Origin: an uncultured Hungatella sp.
Lineage (GTDB): Bacteria; Bacillota; Clostridia; Lachnospirales; Lachnospiraceae
Length of the DNA: 64,000 nt
Reading direction: 5' to 3'
Assembly (NCBI GenBank): GCA_910588505.1
Contig: CAJUPQ010000001.1
Location: forward strand, 22,137 to 86,136
Position numbers and translations under genes: made by a program. How positions within the stretch are numbered: the first letter of the stretch is position 1; every line of letters starts with the position of its first letter. The notes below the pieces were generated by a model. That model made no database searches. It saw only the letters and a list, made by a program, of their open reading frames with translations, and was not told where the DNA came from. This document shows positions 1 to 8,859 of the stretch, piece by piece.

Positions 1-791
1 TTTATCTGGCAGGATTTGTGCTGACGCTTGTGTGCGGGATAAAGATCGTCCTTGTGTTTCGCAAAACTTATGACACCCAGATGGCGTTGGAGGATATGCG
101 GCGGGATTTTACCAACGCCATGGCTCATGAGCTGAAAACACCTTTGGGAGTTATCCGGAATTTTGCGGAGAATCTGGCGGAGCATAATATGGAGGAGAAG
201 CGGGAGTACTATCTGGCCCAGATCATCGGCCAGACCGAGGAGATGGATCGTCTGGTGGTGAAGATGATCGAGATCTCAAAGCTGGACTCCGAGGAGCTGG
301 TCCTTAAGAGGGAGAAGGTGTCGTTTTCACAGCTTGTAAGGGAGCAGCTGGCCAGGTTTGAGCCTATGACAGGGGAGCGCGGGATCCAGGTGCAGTTGGA
401 GGAAAAAGTAGATTTTGTGGTATACGGGGACAGGGAGTATCTGGCAGGGGCTGTGGGGAATCTGTTTAGCAACGCGGTGGACCATAATATTGACGGAGGC
501 AGAATCCTGGTCCGGGTGGAGAAGGATCGGTGCGTGGTGGAAAATACCGGACAGCCTTTGGAGGAGGATACCATTGCCCATGCGTTTGATATGTTTTTTA
601 CCGGGGATAAGAGCAGGAGTAAACGGGACGGACACATGGGAATGGGGCTGTTTTTGGCCAGAAAAGTGCTGGGGCTTCACGGGTTGGAGTTATTGCTGGA
701 GAATATGGAGGATGGAGTCCGGGTTGTTGTGAAGGAGGGGAATGGAAGCATCTATGAATCCAAAGGTTTCAATAGGGATCCAAAATTTTGA
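1..791 (+). CDS. Sensor histidine kinase, C-terminal part (5' end outside window)
   Basis: H-box AMAHELKTPLG, N-box NLFSNAVDH, G2 box GHMGMGLFLA; the frame is open from the window start. Confidence 0.9.
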   Translation, partial: YLAGFVLTLVCGIKIVLVFRKTYDTQMALEDMRRDFTNAMAHELKTPLGVIRNFAENLAEHNMEEKREYYLAQIIGQTEEMDRLVVKMIEISKLDSEELVLKREKVSFSQLVREQLARFEPMTGERGIQVQLEEKVDFVVYGDREYLAGAVGNLFSNAVDHNIDGGRILVRVEKDRCVVENTGQPLEEDTIAHAFDMFFTGDKSRSKRDGHMGMGLFLARKVLGLHGLELLLENMEDGVRVVVKEGNGSIYESKGFNRDPKF

Positions 792-1773
792 AAAATTGAG
801 GAAGTACCGCGCGTTTTACGTGGATAAGACAGATTTTATCAGGGAGTGGTGGGAAAATCCGGATGAGGTTACTCTGATCACCCGGCCGCGCCGTTTTGGA
901 AAGACATTGAATTTAAGTATGATGGAGTGCTTTTTTTCAACGGAATTTGCCGGAAGAGGAGATCTATTTGAGGATCTGTCTGTCTGGAAGCATGAGAAAT
1001 ACCGGCAATTACAGGGGACTTATCCTGTGATCTTTGTAAGTTTTGCGGGGGTTAAAGGGAGCGGTGTTATGGCAAAAAGGTTCTGGTATGACGGATTTAC
1101 ATTTGGGAGGAGAAGCGATATCTTCAATCCATGGTCAATCACTAAATTTCCGGATTCTGGCGAATATGGTCCTCATTGGGCGGATACCAGTTCAAACCGC
1201 CTGGTGTCAGAACTGATTATGGGCGGTACGGCTCAGATCAAGATGGATACGGAAGCGCTTCTTGACAGCCATGTTTCGCAGCATGATCTCCAACTGGTTT
1301 CCGGAGGACCATACATCCTACAGCAATTTTAAAGAGGCCCTTATACTGGGAGACCTGGTCTATATGAACCAGTTTATGAATGAGGTGTCGCAGGAAATGT
1401 TTGGAAGCTTTGACACCGGAAGAAAGCTCTCTGATCAGGCGAACCCGGAAAGGTTCTATCATGGCTTTGTGCTGGGCCTTGTTGTGGATCTGGCCGGACG
1501 GTATCATATTCGCTCCAACAGGCAAAGTGGCTTTGGGCGTTATGATGTGATGATGGAGCCTAAGAACCAGGAAGATGACGGAATTATCATCAAGTTTAAA
1601 GTGCTGGAGTCCCGAAAGGACAAAACTCTTGAACAGGCTGTGGAAAACGCGTTGAAGCAAATTGAAGAGAGGAAGTATGACACGGAGCTTATAGCCGGGG
1701 GAGCTCCAAAAACCGGACCCGCCACTATGGATTTGCGTTTGACGGCCAAAAGGTTTTGATTGGAGAAAGATAA
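742..1773 (+). pseudogene. AAA-ATPase-like / PD-(D/E)XK nuclease fusion, internally deleted and frameshifted
   Basis: Family motifs IGIQNFEKLR, YVDKT, LITRPRRFGKTLNLSM, WYDGFTFG, NPWS, ERFYHGFVLGL, SNRQSGFGRYDVM. The tail RHYGFAFDGQKVLIGER* lies in another frame (stop 1771-1773). Split across ORFs 742-1332 and 1262-1759. Confidence 0.85.
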
Positions 1774-1782
1774 GGGAATACA

Positions 1783-1831
1783 GGGGCTGTTGCGCTGAGA
1801 TTTTTTAGATCTTCAGTACAACAGCCTTTTT
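1783..1831. terminator. Probable bidirectional intrinsic terminator
   Basis: GGCTGTTG...CAACAGCC stem followed by a T-run, between convergent genes. Confidence 0.65.
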
Positions 1832-1842
1832 GAAGCGGTCTT

Positions 1843-2853
1843 TTACATACCGGTTTTCCACAAAATGTCCCGGTTTACCGTCTGATAAAACATCTCTTTT
1901 ACTTTGTCCCGCTTTTTTGTCTGTCCCAGGATCCACATCAGCTTGGTCACAGTGGCTTCCAGCGTCATATCGTAGGATTCCAAAAGCCCGAACGCGTATT
2001 TGATATTTCGCCCAACCTCATAGATGGACATATTGCTGCCCTCATTGGTAACCTGTGTGGTCATGACCACGGTTTTTCCAAGTCCGACCCATTTTTCCAC
2101 AACCGGATAATATCCGCAGGTATCATAATCAGGCAGTCCTCCTACGCCGAAGGATTCAATGATGACCGCGTCGTAATGTTCTGCCATATAGTCTAAAACC
2201 GTGGCATCCATGGAAGGGATGAGCTTTAAAAGCCCTACCTTGGGATTCAGCGCATGATAAAATGTGACAGGATCCTTTAACAGCGCCTTGTCATTAAGGT
2301 AAAACAGGATCTGGCTTTCCTGGATAGACGCGATGTAGGGGAAATTTATGCTGGAGAACGCGTCATAGCTCTTGGTCCGCTCCTTTTTCCCCCGTGTTCC
2401 GGCGATCACCTTGCCATCGAAAACAATATTCACCCCATGGGCGTCGTCGCAGGAGGCAAATCGAAGGCTGTCCAGGAGATTTGACTTGGCGTCCGTGATC
2501 TCCATGTCAATGGGCTTCTGGGAGCCGGTGATCACAATAGGTTTGGCCGAATTTTGAATCAGATAGGAAAGAGCCGCCGCTGTGTAAGCCATGGTGTCCG
2601 TTCCGTGGCAGATAACAAAGCCGTCATAATCGTGGTAACGGCTTTCAATAGCCGAGGCCATGGAAAGCCAGTGTTTTGGCTGAATGTTTGTGCTGTCAAG
2701 ATTGAAAAGCTGCAGAGCGTTCGCCTGACAAAAATCGCGGGCAGAGGGAACATAGGACAGCAGTTCATCAGAGGAGATCAGAGGCTTTAAGCCTGCGTCG
2801 CTGCGCTTGGAAGCAATGGTGCCTCCGGTTGCGATCAAGAGGATTCGTTTCAT
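1843..2853 (-). CDS. ansA: L-asparaginase type I
   Basis: ATGGTIAS, DSTNI, HGTDTMAY and TGSQKP motifs. Confidence 0.93.
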   Translation of the reverse strand: MKRILLIATGGTIASKRSDAGLKPLISSDELLSYVPSARDFCQANALQLFNLDSTNIQPKHWLSMASAIESRYHDYDGFVICHGTDTMAYTAAALSYLIQNSAKPIVITGSQKPIDMEITDAKSNLLDSLRFASCDDAHGVNIVFDGKVIAGTRGKKERTKSYDAFSSINFPYIASIQESQILFYLNDKALLKDPVTFYHALNPKVGLLKLIPSMDATVLDYMAEHYDAVIIESFGVGGLPDYDTCGYYPVVEKWVGLGKTVVMTTQVTNEGSNMSIYEVGRNIKYAFGLLESYDMTLEATVTKLMWILGQTKKRDKVKEMFYQTVNRDILWKTGM

Positions 2854-3077
2854 AAAGTTTACCATTCCTTTTTTATTTGGTGTGGATAGAAGGTCTTCGT
2901 ATATTTGCAAAAGAGTGTATTGGCATTGCAATATTACGTATAAACAATATCATATATCTCAAGAATTGGCTACTATCATCATTGACGGATTATTAAAAAA
3001 AAGGTAAGATAGTTTATGTTGGTTGGGCTTACGGAAAACTTTGGATAACCAGCCTAACGCATATAAACAGGAACTTT

Positions 3078-3243
3078 AAGTGGTGTATTATTTAGTGAAC
3101 AAATGGGCGAGTGTAGTCGTGATGCCAGTCAGAGAAGGGAAGTATGGTCCTGTCCGGGTTCAGATATGCCAGGACCATCCTTCCATTCCCTCTCTGGCAT
3201 CAGGACTACCCCCGCCCCTTGCTCCCTAAACAATATATCAATT
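3078..3243. repeat. Long imperfect palindromic intergenic element, copy 1 (REP/MITE-like)
   Basis: The arms pair along almost the whole length. The core GTCGTGATGCCAGTCAGAGAAG (3116-3137) recurs at 23994-24015 (20/22) and reverse-complemented at 41667-41688 (22/22). Confidence 0.85.
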
Positions 3244-3296
3244 TTATTATTTTGCCATTTTACGTAAAAACCATCTTTTATAAAGGAGGCACCCTT

Positions 3297-3479
3297 ATGA
3301 CACCCAACATTCCCAAAGACCCAGTCATGCTCTTGAGCTATCTCAACACCCAGCTGAGAGACTTCTACCCAACCTTAGAAGAATGCTGCCGATCCCTAAA
3401 CCTCTCTCAGGCTCAGATCGAAGAAACTCTCGCAGCCATAGACTATCACTATGACAACACAAAAAACAAGTTTGTTTAA
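3297..3479 (+). CDS. Small conserved protein (DUF4250-like)
   Basis: RBS AAGGAGG, then MTPNIPKDPVMLLSYLNTQLRDFY...IDYHYDNTKNKFV, a typical DUF4250 pattern. Confidence 0.8.
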   Translation: MTPNIPKDPVMLLSYLNTQLRDFYPTLEECCRSLNLSQAQIEETLAAIDYHYDNTKNKFV

Positions 3480-3542
3480 TCACCTGCATTTAAGGGAACC
3501 ATACCTTCAAGGCCGTTACCACGAAAGGAAGGGGTGGAAATA

Positions 3543-5075
3543 ATGGAAACTGTCATCGAACCGGTGCTCTGTATATTCGGCCAGATCTTTTCCGTCTGGG
3601 GATGGATGATGGAGCATCTTTTGTACATTAACCTGATACTGTCTGTGGTGATCGTGTTCTTTCAGAGAAGGGATCCAAAGGCAGTGTGGACATGGCTGCT
3701 GGCCCTGTACTTTGTGCCTATTTTCGGTTTCTTTTTGTACCTTCTTTTGTGCCAGGACTATCATAAAAATAAGATGTTCCGGGTCAAGGAGGTGGAGGAC
3801 CGGCTGTGGTATTCCGTGAAATCCCAGGAGGAGGCCATTTTAAACAGAGACGTGTGGCTTGCAAACCCTGAATATCATGAATATGAAAAGCTGGTAAAGT
3901 ATAATCTGGAGACATCCGGCGCTGTTCTCACAGGAGATAACCAGGTGGAGATCTTCACTGACGGCGTGGAAAAATTTGACGACTTAATCGAGGAGATGAG
4001 AAAAGCCAGGCAATACATCCACATCCAGTATTATATCATCAAAAACGACGAGGTATTCAAAACCATGATCCCTGTGCTGAAAGAAAAGGTTAGCCAGGGA
4101 GTGGAAGTGCGGATCCTCTACGACGGTATGGGCGGCAGATTTATGCCGAAACGGGTGTGGAAAGATCTTAGGGAAAGCGGCATTTTGGTAAAAGAATTTT
4201 TCCCGGCGTTTCTCGGGCGGCTTCAACTGAGGGTCAATTACCGTAATCACAGAAAGATCGTGGTGATCGACGGCAAAGTAGGGTATGTAGGCGGCTTCAA
4301 TATCGGGCGGGAGTACATTTCCAAAGACAAAAAGTTCGGATACTGGAGGGACACCCATCTAAAGATCCGGGGGAGCGCGGTTTACAGTCTGCAGATCCGG
4401 TTTGCCCTTGACTGGAATTACGCAGCAGGGGAGAATTTGTTTAAAGACGGGGGATATTTTGGCCTGGATCAGCCGGAAAAAGACAAAGAAGAGGAGCAGA
4501 TGAGCGGCGGTGGTCAGAGACAGAATGTGGAGGTCCAGATCATCAGCAGCGGGCCGGATGCCAGCAACCGTCAGATACGCAACAATTATCTGCACCTGTT
4601 CCAGGAGGCAAAGGACCATATCTACATCCAGACTCCTTACTTTGTGCCGGACGACGCTGTTTTATCGGCCCTTAAGATGGCGGCGGAGTCCGGAGTGGAC
4701 GTGCGGCTGATGATCCCCTGCAAGCCGGACCATCCGTTTGTGTACTGGGCCTCCTACTCCTACGTGGGGGATCTTCTGGCGGTGGGGGCCAGGTGCTATG
4801 TCTATGAGGAAGGCTTTCTCCACGCCAAGGCGGTGATGGCGGACGGCCTTGTGTGCAGCTGCGGGACGGCTAACATGGACATCCGAAGCTTTGAGCTGAA
4901 CTTTGAGGTCAATGCCACCATCTTTGACCAGGAGACAACAAGGCGGATGGAGGAAGCCTTTCTCGACGATCTGGAACATCACTGTCAGGAAGTGACAAAG
5001 GAGCGGTATGAGAAGCGGAATATGTGGATCCGGGTGAAAGAGCAGTGCAGCAGGCTTTTGTCCCCATTATTGTAA
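3543..5075 (+). CDS. cls: Cardiolipin synthase
   Basis: Two N-terminal TM helices and two HKD motifs (NHRKIVVIDG, HAKAVMADG). The start may be 3534. Confidence 0.93.
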   Translation: METVIEPVLCIFGQIFSVWGWMMEHLLYINLILSVVIVFFQRRDPKAVWTWLLALYFVPIFGFFLYLLLCQDYHKNKMFRVKEVEDRLWYSVKSQEEAILNRDVWLANPEYHEYEKLVKYNLETSGAVLTGDNQVEIFTDGVEKFDDLIEEMRKARQYIHIQYYIIKNDEVFKTMIPVLKEKVSQGVEVRILYDGMGGRFMPKRVWKDLRESGILVKEFFPAFLGRLQLRVNYRNHRKIVVIDGKVGYVGGFNIGREYISKDKKFGYWRDTHLKIRGSAVYSLQIRFALDWNYAAGENLFKDGGYFGLDQPEKDKEEEQMSGGGQRQNVEVQIISSGPDASNRQIRNNYLHLFQEAKDHIYIQTPYFVPDDAVLSALKMAAESGVDVRLMIPCKPDHPFVYWASYSYVGDLLAVGARCYVYEEGFLHAKAVMADGLVCSCGTANMDIRSFELNFEVNATIFDQETTRRMEEAFLDDLEHHCQEVTKERYEKRNMWIRVKEQCSRLLSPLL

Positions 5076-5114
5076 CAGGGTATAAAATTCTTTTGGCCTG
5101 CACATACTGTCTCC

Positions 5115-5570
5115 ATGAAAACACAAAATAAGATAAAGGAATTCAGTAGAAATTTTTTAAAGTGCGGGGTTGCCGGATGGTGTCTGGAGGTGATTTTCAC
5201 CTCAGTAGGTTCCATAGCGGCCCATGACTGGCGGCTCATGGGAAACACCTCCCTCCTTATGTTTCCCATCTATGGCCTGGGAGCCCTTCTTACTCCCATC
5301 GGTCAGACAGTGGACCGATGGCTTCAGGTAACTCCCGGTGAAGTGCTGGCAGGTACAGACCGCCTGGTGCGCCATGGAATGCTGTATATGGTCATTATTT
5401 TTGTGGCGGAATACCTCTTTGGCATGCTGCTAAAAGCAGGAGGCGTTTGTCCCTGGGACTACAGCGGACTTCACTCCAACATCGACGGGCTGATCCGTCT
5501 GGACTTTGCTCCCCTGTGGTTTATGACAGGGCTTTTATTTGAACAAATTACAAAAAAGAAAGGCGCTTAG
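5115..5570 (+). CDS. Small membrane protein (putative ABC-permease-like, DUF1113/CmpB-type)
   Basis: GWCLEVIFT, MFPIYGLG, CPWDYS and LIRLDFAPLWF motifs; about 4 TM segments. Confidence 0.7.
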   Translation: MKTQNKIKEFSRNFLKCGVAGWCLEVIFTSVGSIAAHDWRLMGNTSLLMFPIYGLGALLTPIGQTVDRWLQVTPGEVLAGTDRLVRHGMLYMVIIFVAEYLFGMLLKAGGVCPWDYSGLHSNIDGLIRLDFAPLWFMTGLLFEQITKKKGA

Positions 5571-5601
5571 ACTTGTATTTGCGCCTTTCTTTTTATATAA
5601 T
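5553..5601 (+). promoter_or_regulatory. Terminator-like hairpin overlapping a sigma-A promoter for plsC-pheA
   Basis: 14 bp inverted repeat AAAAAGAAAGGCGC/GCGCCTTTCTTTTT; TTGTAT(5573)-17 bp-TATAAT(5596). Confidence 0.6.
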
Positions 5602-5627
5602 GAAAAGATGAAAAGAGGGAGAACAAT

Positions 5628-6422
5628 ATGCTGAAATTTATTCTAGTTGCGTCCATGGTAATCTTGTTTTTGATCTTCAGTATTCCCATTCTCATTATAG
5701 AGAAACAGATTGGGAAGACAGACCCGGAGAAGAAGGGCAGACACAGCCTGGCCATCGTCCGTTTTATGTTCCGGCTCATTCTCAAGGTGGCCGGAGTACA
5801 TATTACAGTAAAAGGCATAGAGAATATTCCTAGGGACCAGCCGGTGCTGTATGTGGGCAATCACAGAAGCTATTTTGATATTTTGGTAGGGTACACCACC
5901 GTGCCGACGCCCCTGGGCTTTATGGCGAAAAAGGAGATGGAAAAGATCCCTCTTTTGTCCAACTGGATGAGGAATGTAAACTGCCTGTTTTTAGATCGGC
6001 AGAATATCAGAGAGGGGCTTAAAGCCATACTGGAAGGCGTTTCCAAAGTCAAGAGCGGGATCTCCATCTGGATCTTTCCCGAGGGCACCAGAAATGACGC
6101 GGACGACTACCTGGAGCTGATGCCCTTTAAAGAGGGCAGTTTAAAGATCGCCGAGAAGACGGGATGTCCGGTGATCCCTGTGGCTATTACCGGAACCGCG
6201 GAAGTGTATGAGGCCCATTTTCCAAGGATGAAGTCTTCCAAGGTGACCATCCAGTTTGGAAAACCCTTTATCATAAAAGGGTTGGAGCCGGAGAAGAAGA
6301 AGTTTGTGGGAGCTCACACCAGGGAGTTGATCTATGATATGCTGGTGGAGGAGAAAAGATTGAGGGAGGAAGCCAGGGAAGATGGACTTGTTAAAGATCA
6401 GAGACCAGCTGGATGTAATTGA
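5628..6422 (+). CDS. plsC: 1-acyl-sn-glycerol-3-phosphate acyltransferase
   Basis: NHRSYFD (HxxxxD) and IFPEGTR motifs. Confidence 0.9.
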   Translation: MLKFILVASMVILFLIFSIPILIIEKQIGKTDPEKKGRHSLAIVRFMFRLILKVAGVHITVKGIENIPRDQPVLYVGNHRSYFDILVGYTTVPTPLGFMAKKEMEKIPLLSNWMRNVNCLFLDRQNIREGLKAILEGVSKVKSGISIWIFPEGTRNDADDYLELMPFKEGSLKIAEKTGCPVIPVAITGTAEVYEAHFPRMKSSKVTIQFGKPFIIKGLEPEKKKFVGAHTRELIYDMLVEEKRLREEAREDGLVKDQRPAGCN

Positions 6423-7509
6423 CGCGGAAATTGTCCGGCTGTTTGAGGAGAGAATGAGACTGGTAGGTGAGGTGGCGGAATTTAAGATCGAGACAGGAAA
6501 GCAGGTCTTTGATAAAGGCAGAGAGCAGGCGAAGATCGCCGCGGTGCGGGAATTGGCTCACGGGGAGTTTAATGAGCAGGCGGCAGAGGAGCTGTTTACC
6601 CAGCTTATGACCATCAGCCGCCGGTATCAGTACCGTCTTCTGGAGGAGAAAGGGAGAAAAGAGGATCTGAGCTTTCGGCAGGTGGACGCTATCCCCACCC
6701 AGGGGGCGCGGGTGGTGTACCAGGGTGTGGAGGGAGCCTATAGCCATGAGGCGGCTCTGGCCTATTTTGGGAAGGCTGCGGATGCCCGCCATGTGAAGAC
6801 ATGGGAGGATGCCATGGAGGCGGTGGAGTCAAAAAGCGCGGACTATGCCGTGATACCTATTGAGAACTCTTCGGCAGGCGCGGTCAGGGATAATTATGAC
6901 CTGATGCTGCGCCATGACAATGTGATCGTGGCGGAAATTTGTATCCCTGTTGACCACATGCTGCTGGGACTGCCCGGAGCGTCTCTTGACGACATCCGGA
7001 CCGTGTACTCCCACCCCCAGGCTCTGATGCAGTCTGGCCTGTATCTTAACGCCCATTCCCAGTGGCGGCAGATCAGTGTGGAAAACACGGCGGTTGCGGC
7101 TAAAAAGATCATCAGCGACCAGGATAAGACCCAGGCGGCGGTGGCCAGCCGGGCAGCGGGAAAGCTATATGGCCTGGAAGCGCTGGCGGAGGGGATCAAC
7201 CATAATAAAAATAATGCTACCCGGTTCATCATTCTCGCAAAAGACCATATTTACCGCAGGGACGCGGGAAAAGTTACCATCTGTTTTGAACTTCCCCACA
7301 AAAGCGGAACCCTGTACAACATGCTGGGCAATCTCATTTACAATGGGGTCAACATGAGGATGATCGAATCCCGCCCCATACTGGGCAGGAACTGGGAGTA
7401 TCGGTTCTTTGTGGATGTAGAGGGCAATTTAAGCGACACCACTATCCAGAACGCCCTGAGAAGCGTTTCGGAGGAGGCGGCCAACATGAGGATTTTAGGC
7501 AATTATTAG
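6382..7509 (+). CDS. pheA: Chorismate mutase / prephenate dehydratase
   Basis: N-terminal CM domain, PIENSSAG, SHPQAL, TRF, and ACT domain IESRP. Confidence 0.93.
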   Translation: MDLLKIRDQLDVIDAEIVRLFEERMRLVGEVAEFKIETGKQVFDKGREQAKIAAVRELAHGEFNEQAAEELFTQLMTISRRYQYRLLEEKGRKEDLSFRQVDAIPTQGARVVYQGVEGAYSHEAALAYFGKAADARHVKTWEDAMEAVESKSADYAVIPIENSSAGAVRDNYDLMLRHDNVIVAEICIPVDHMLLGLPGASLDDIRTVYSHPQALMQSGLYLNAHSQWRQISVENTAVAAKKIISDQDKTQAAVASRAAGKLYGLEALAEGINHNKNNATRFIILAKDHIYRRDAGKVTICFELPHKSGTLYNMLGNLIYNGVNMRMIESRPILGRNWEYRFFVDVEGNLSDTTIQNALRSVSEEAANMRILGNY

Positions 7510-7526
7510 AGGACGGAGATGTAGTT

Positions 7527-8813
7527 ATGGACACAAGACAATTAATCCTATACCGCGATCTTAAAGATCAGTCCCTTTTCGACGGCATGACCAGTCTTCT
7601 TACCAATGGCGGGCAGCAGGATGAGGGGGCTGGCCCTAATTCTTACATTTTGGCCAGTCAGCTGATCCGGCTGGCGGCGGATTATGGGTTTGAGGGCAAT
7701 CTTTGGCGCTGTTTCCTGGCGTTTGTCCTTGCCAGCCATGAGAATGCGTACAGTATCTCCTGTGAGATCCGCGGGGATCAGGGAGGAACCTTGTCCAGGC
7801 TGGCGAGACAGGATCTGGCGGTGATGCAAGAGCTGTACAAAAAAGATATCAGATGTCTGGATGAGTGTTTGGGCCAGGTTCCGGTGTGGCATGAGCTGGC
7901 GGACTACAGGCCTGCGGACACCGGAAGCCGGATCTTTAACAAGAGGATCCGGGACAGGATCATAGAGCTTTCCAGGGCATTGGAGGAGGCAAAAGATACC
8001 GAGGCGTTTCAGCGTGAAGTGGCAGGGTTTTACCGGGAGTTCGGCGTTGGAAAGTACGGCCTTAACAAGGCGTTTCGCATTGAGGACGACCGCCACAGGG
8101 CCTCCATCGAGCCGGTGGTCAATGTGGAGCATGTGTATCTGGACGATATCGTAGGGTATGAGCTGCAGAAGAAAAAGCTGACAGAGAACACGGAAAGCTT
8201 TATTGAGGGCAGAGCCGCCAATAATGTGCTGCTGTTCGGAGACGCCGGCACAGGGAAATCCTCCTGCATCAAGGCTATATTAAACGAGTATTATGACCGG
8301 GGGCTGCGGATTATTGAGGTTTACAAGCACCAGTTTCACGCCCTTTCTTCCATATTGGAGCAGATACAGGACAGGAATTATAAGTTTATCGTGTACATGG
8401 ATGATCTGTCATTTGAGGAGAGCGAGCTGGAATATAAATATCTGAAAGCCATTATCGAAGGCGGTCTCGGGCGAAAGCCGAAAAATGTGCTGATCTACGC
8501 CACATCGAACCGCAGGCATCTGATCCGCGAGAGGTTCAGCGACAAGAGAGAGCTGGATGACGAGCTCCATGTCAATGACACGGTGCAGGAAAAGCTTTCT
8601 CTGGTGGCCAGGTTTGGAGTGACCATTTATTTCGGGGCGCCGGACAAGAAGGAGTTTCAGAATATCGTGAAAGTCCTGGCAGGGCGTCATGGGATCCATA
8701 TGGATTTGGAGGAGCTGTACCAGGAGGCCAACAAGTGGGAGCTGACCCACGGAGGGCTGTCAGGAAGGACGGCGGCGCAGTTTATCACGTATCTGTTGGG
8801 GAAGGGCGTGTAA
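7527..8813 (+). CDS. ATP-binding protein (DUF815-like AAA+)
   Basis: NNVLLFGDAGTGKSS, DDLSFE, YATSNRRHL, SGRTAAQF. Confidence 0.85.
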   Translation: MDTRQLILYRDLKDQSLFDGMTSLLTNGGQQDEGAGPNSYILASQLIRLAADYGFEGNLWRCFLAFVLASHENAYSISCEIRGDQGGTLSRLARQDLAVMQELYKKDIRCLDECLGQVPVWHELADYRPADTGSRIFNKRIRDRIIELSRALEEAKDTEAFQREVAGFYREFGVGKYGLNKAFRIEDDRHRASIEPVVNVEHVYLDDIVGYELQKKKLTENTESFIEGRAANNVLLFGDAGTGKSSCIKAILNEYYDRGLRIIEVYKHQFHALSSILEQIQDRNYKFIVYMDDLSFEESELEYKYLKAIIEGGLGRKPKNVLIYATSNRRHLIRERFSDKRELDDELHVNDTVQEKLSLVARFGVTIYFGAPDKKEFQNIVKVLAGRHGIHMDLEELYQEANKWELTHGGLSGRTAAQFITYLLGKGV

Positions 8814-8859
8814 CCGCGGTTGACGATAAATTTAAGAACCAAGAGGGGAGGAGTAAGGT

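Noticed and set aside
3011..3069. Weak hairpin (GTTGGGCT/AGCCTAAC) upstream of ansA as a riboswitch
   Set aside because: No recognisable aptamer or T-box consensus; the pairing is short.
3078..3243. 6S RNA or SRP RNA as the identity of the long hairpin
   Set aside because: It lacks the SRP helix-8 motif and a clear 6S central bubble, and related copies occur twice more in the window, which fits a repeat.
3144..3296. N-terminal extension of the 3144-3479 ORF
   Set aside because: It runs through the repeat; the RBS and family similarity begin at 3297.
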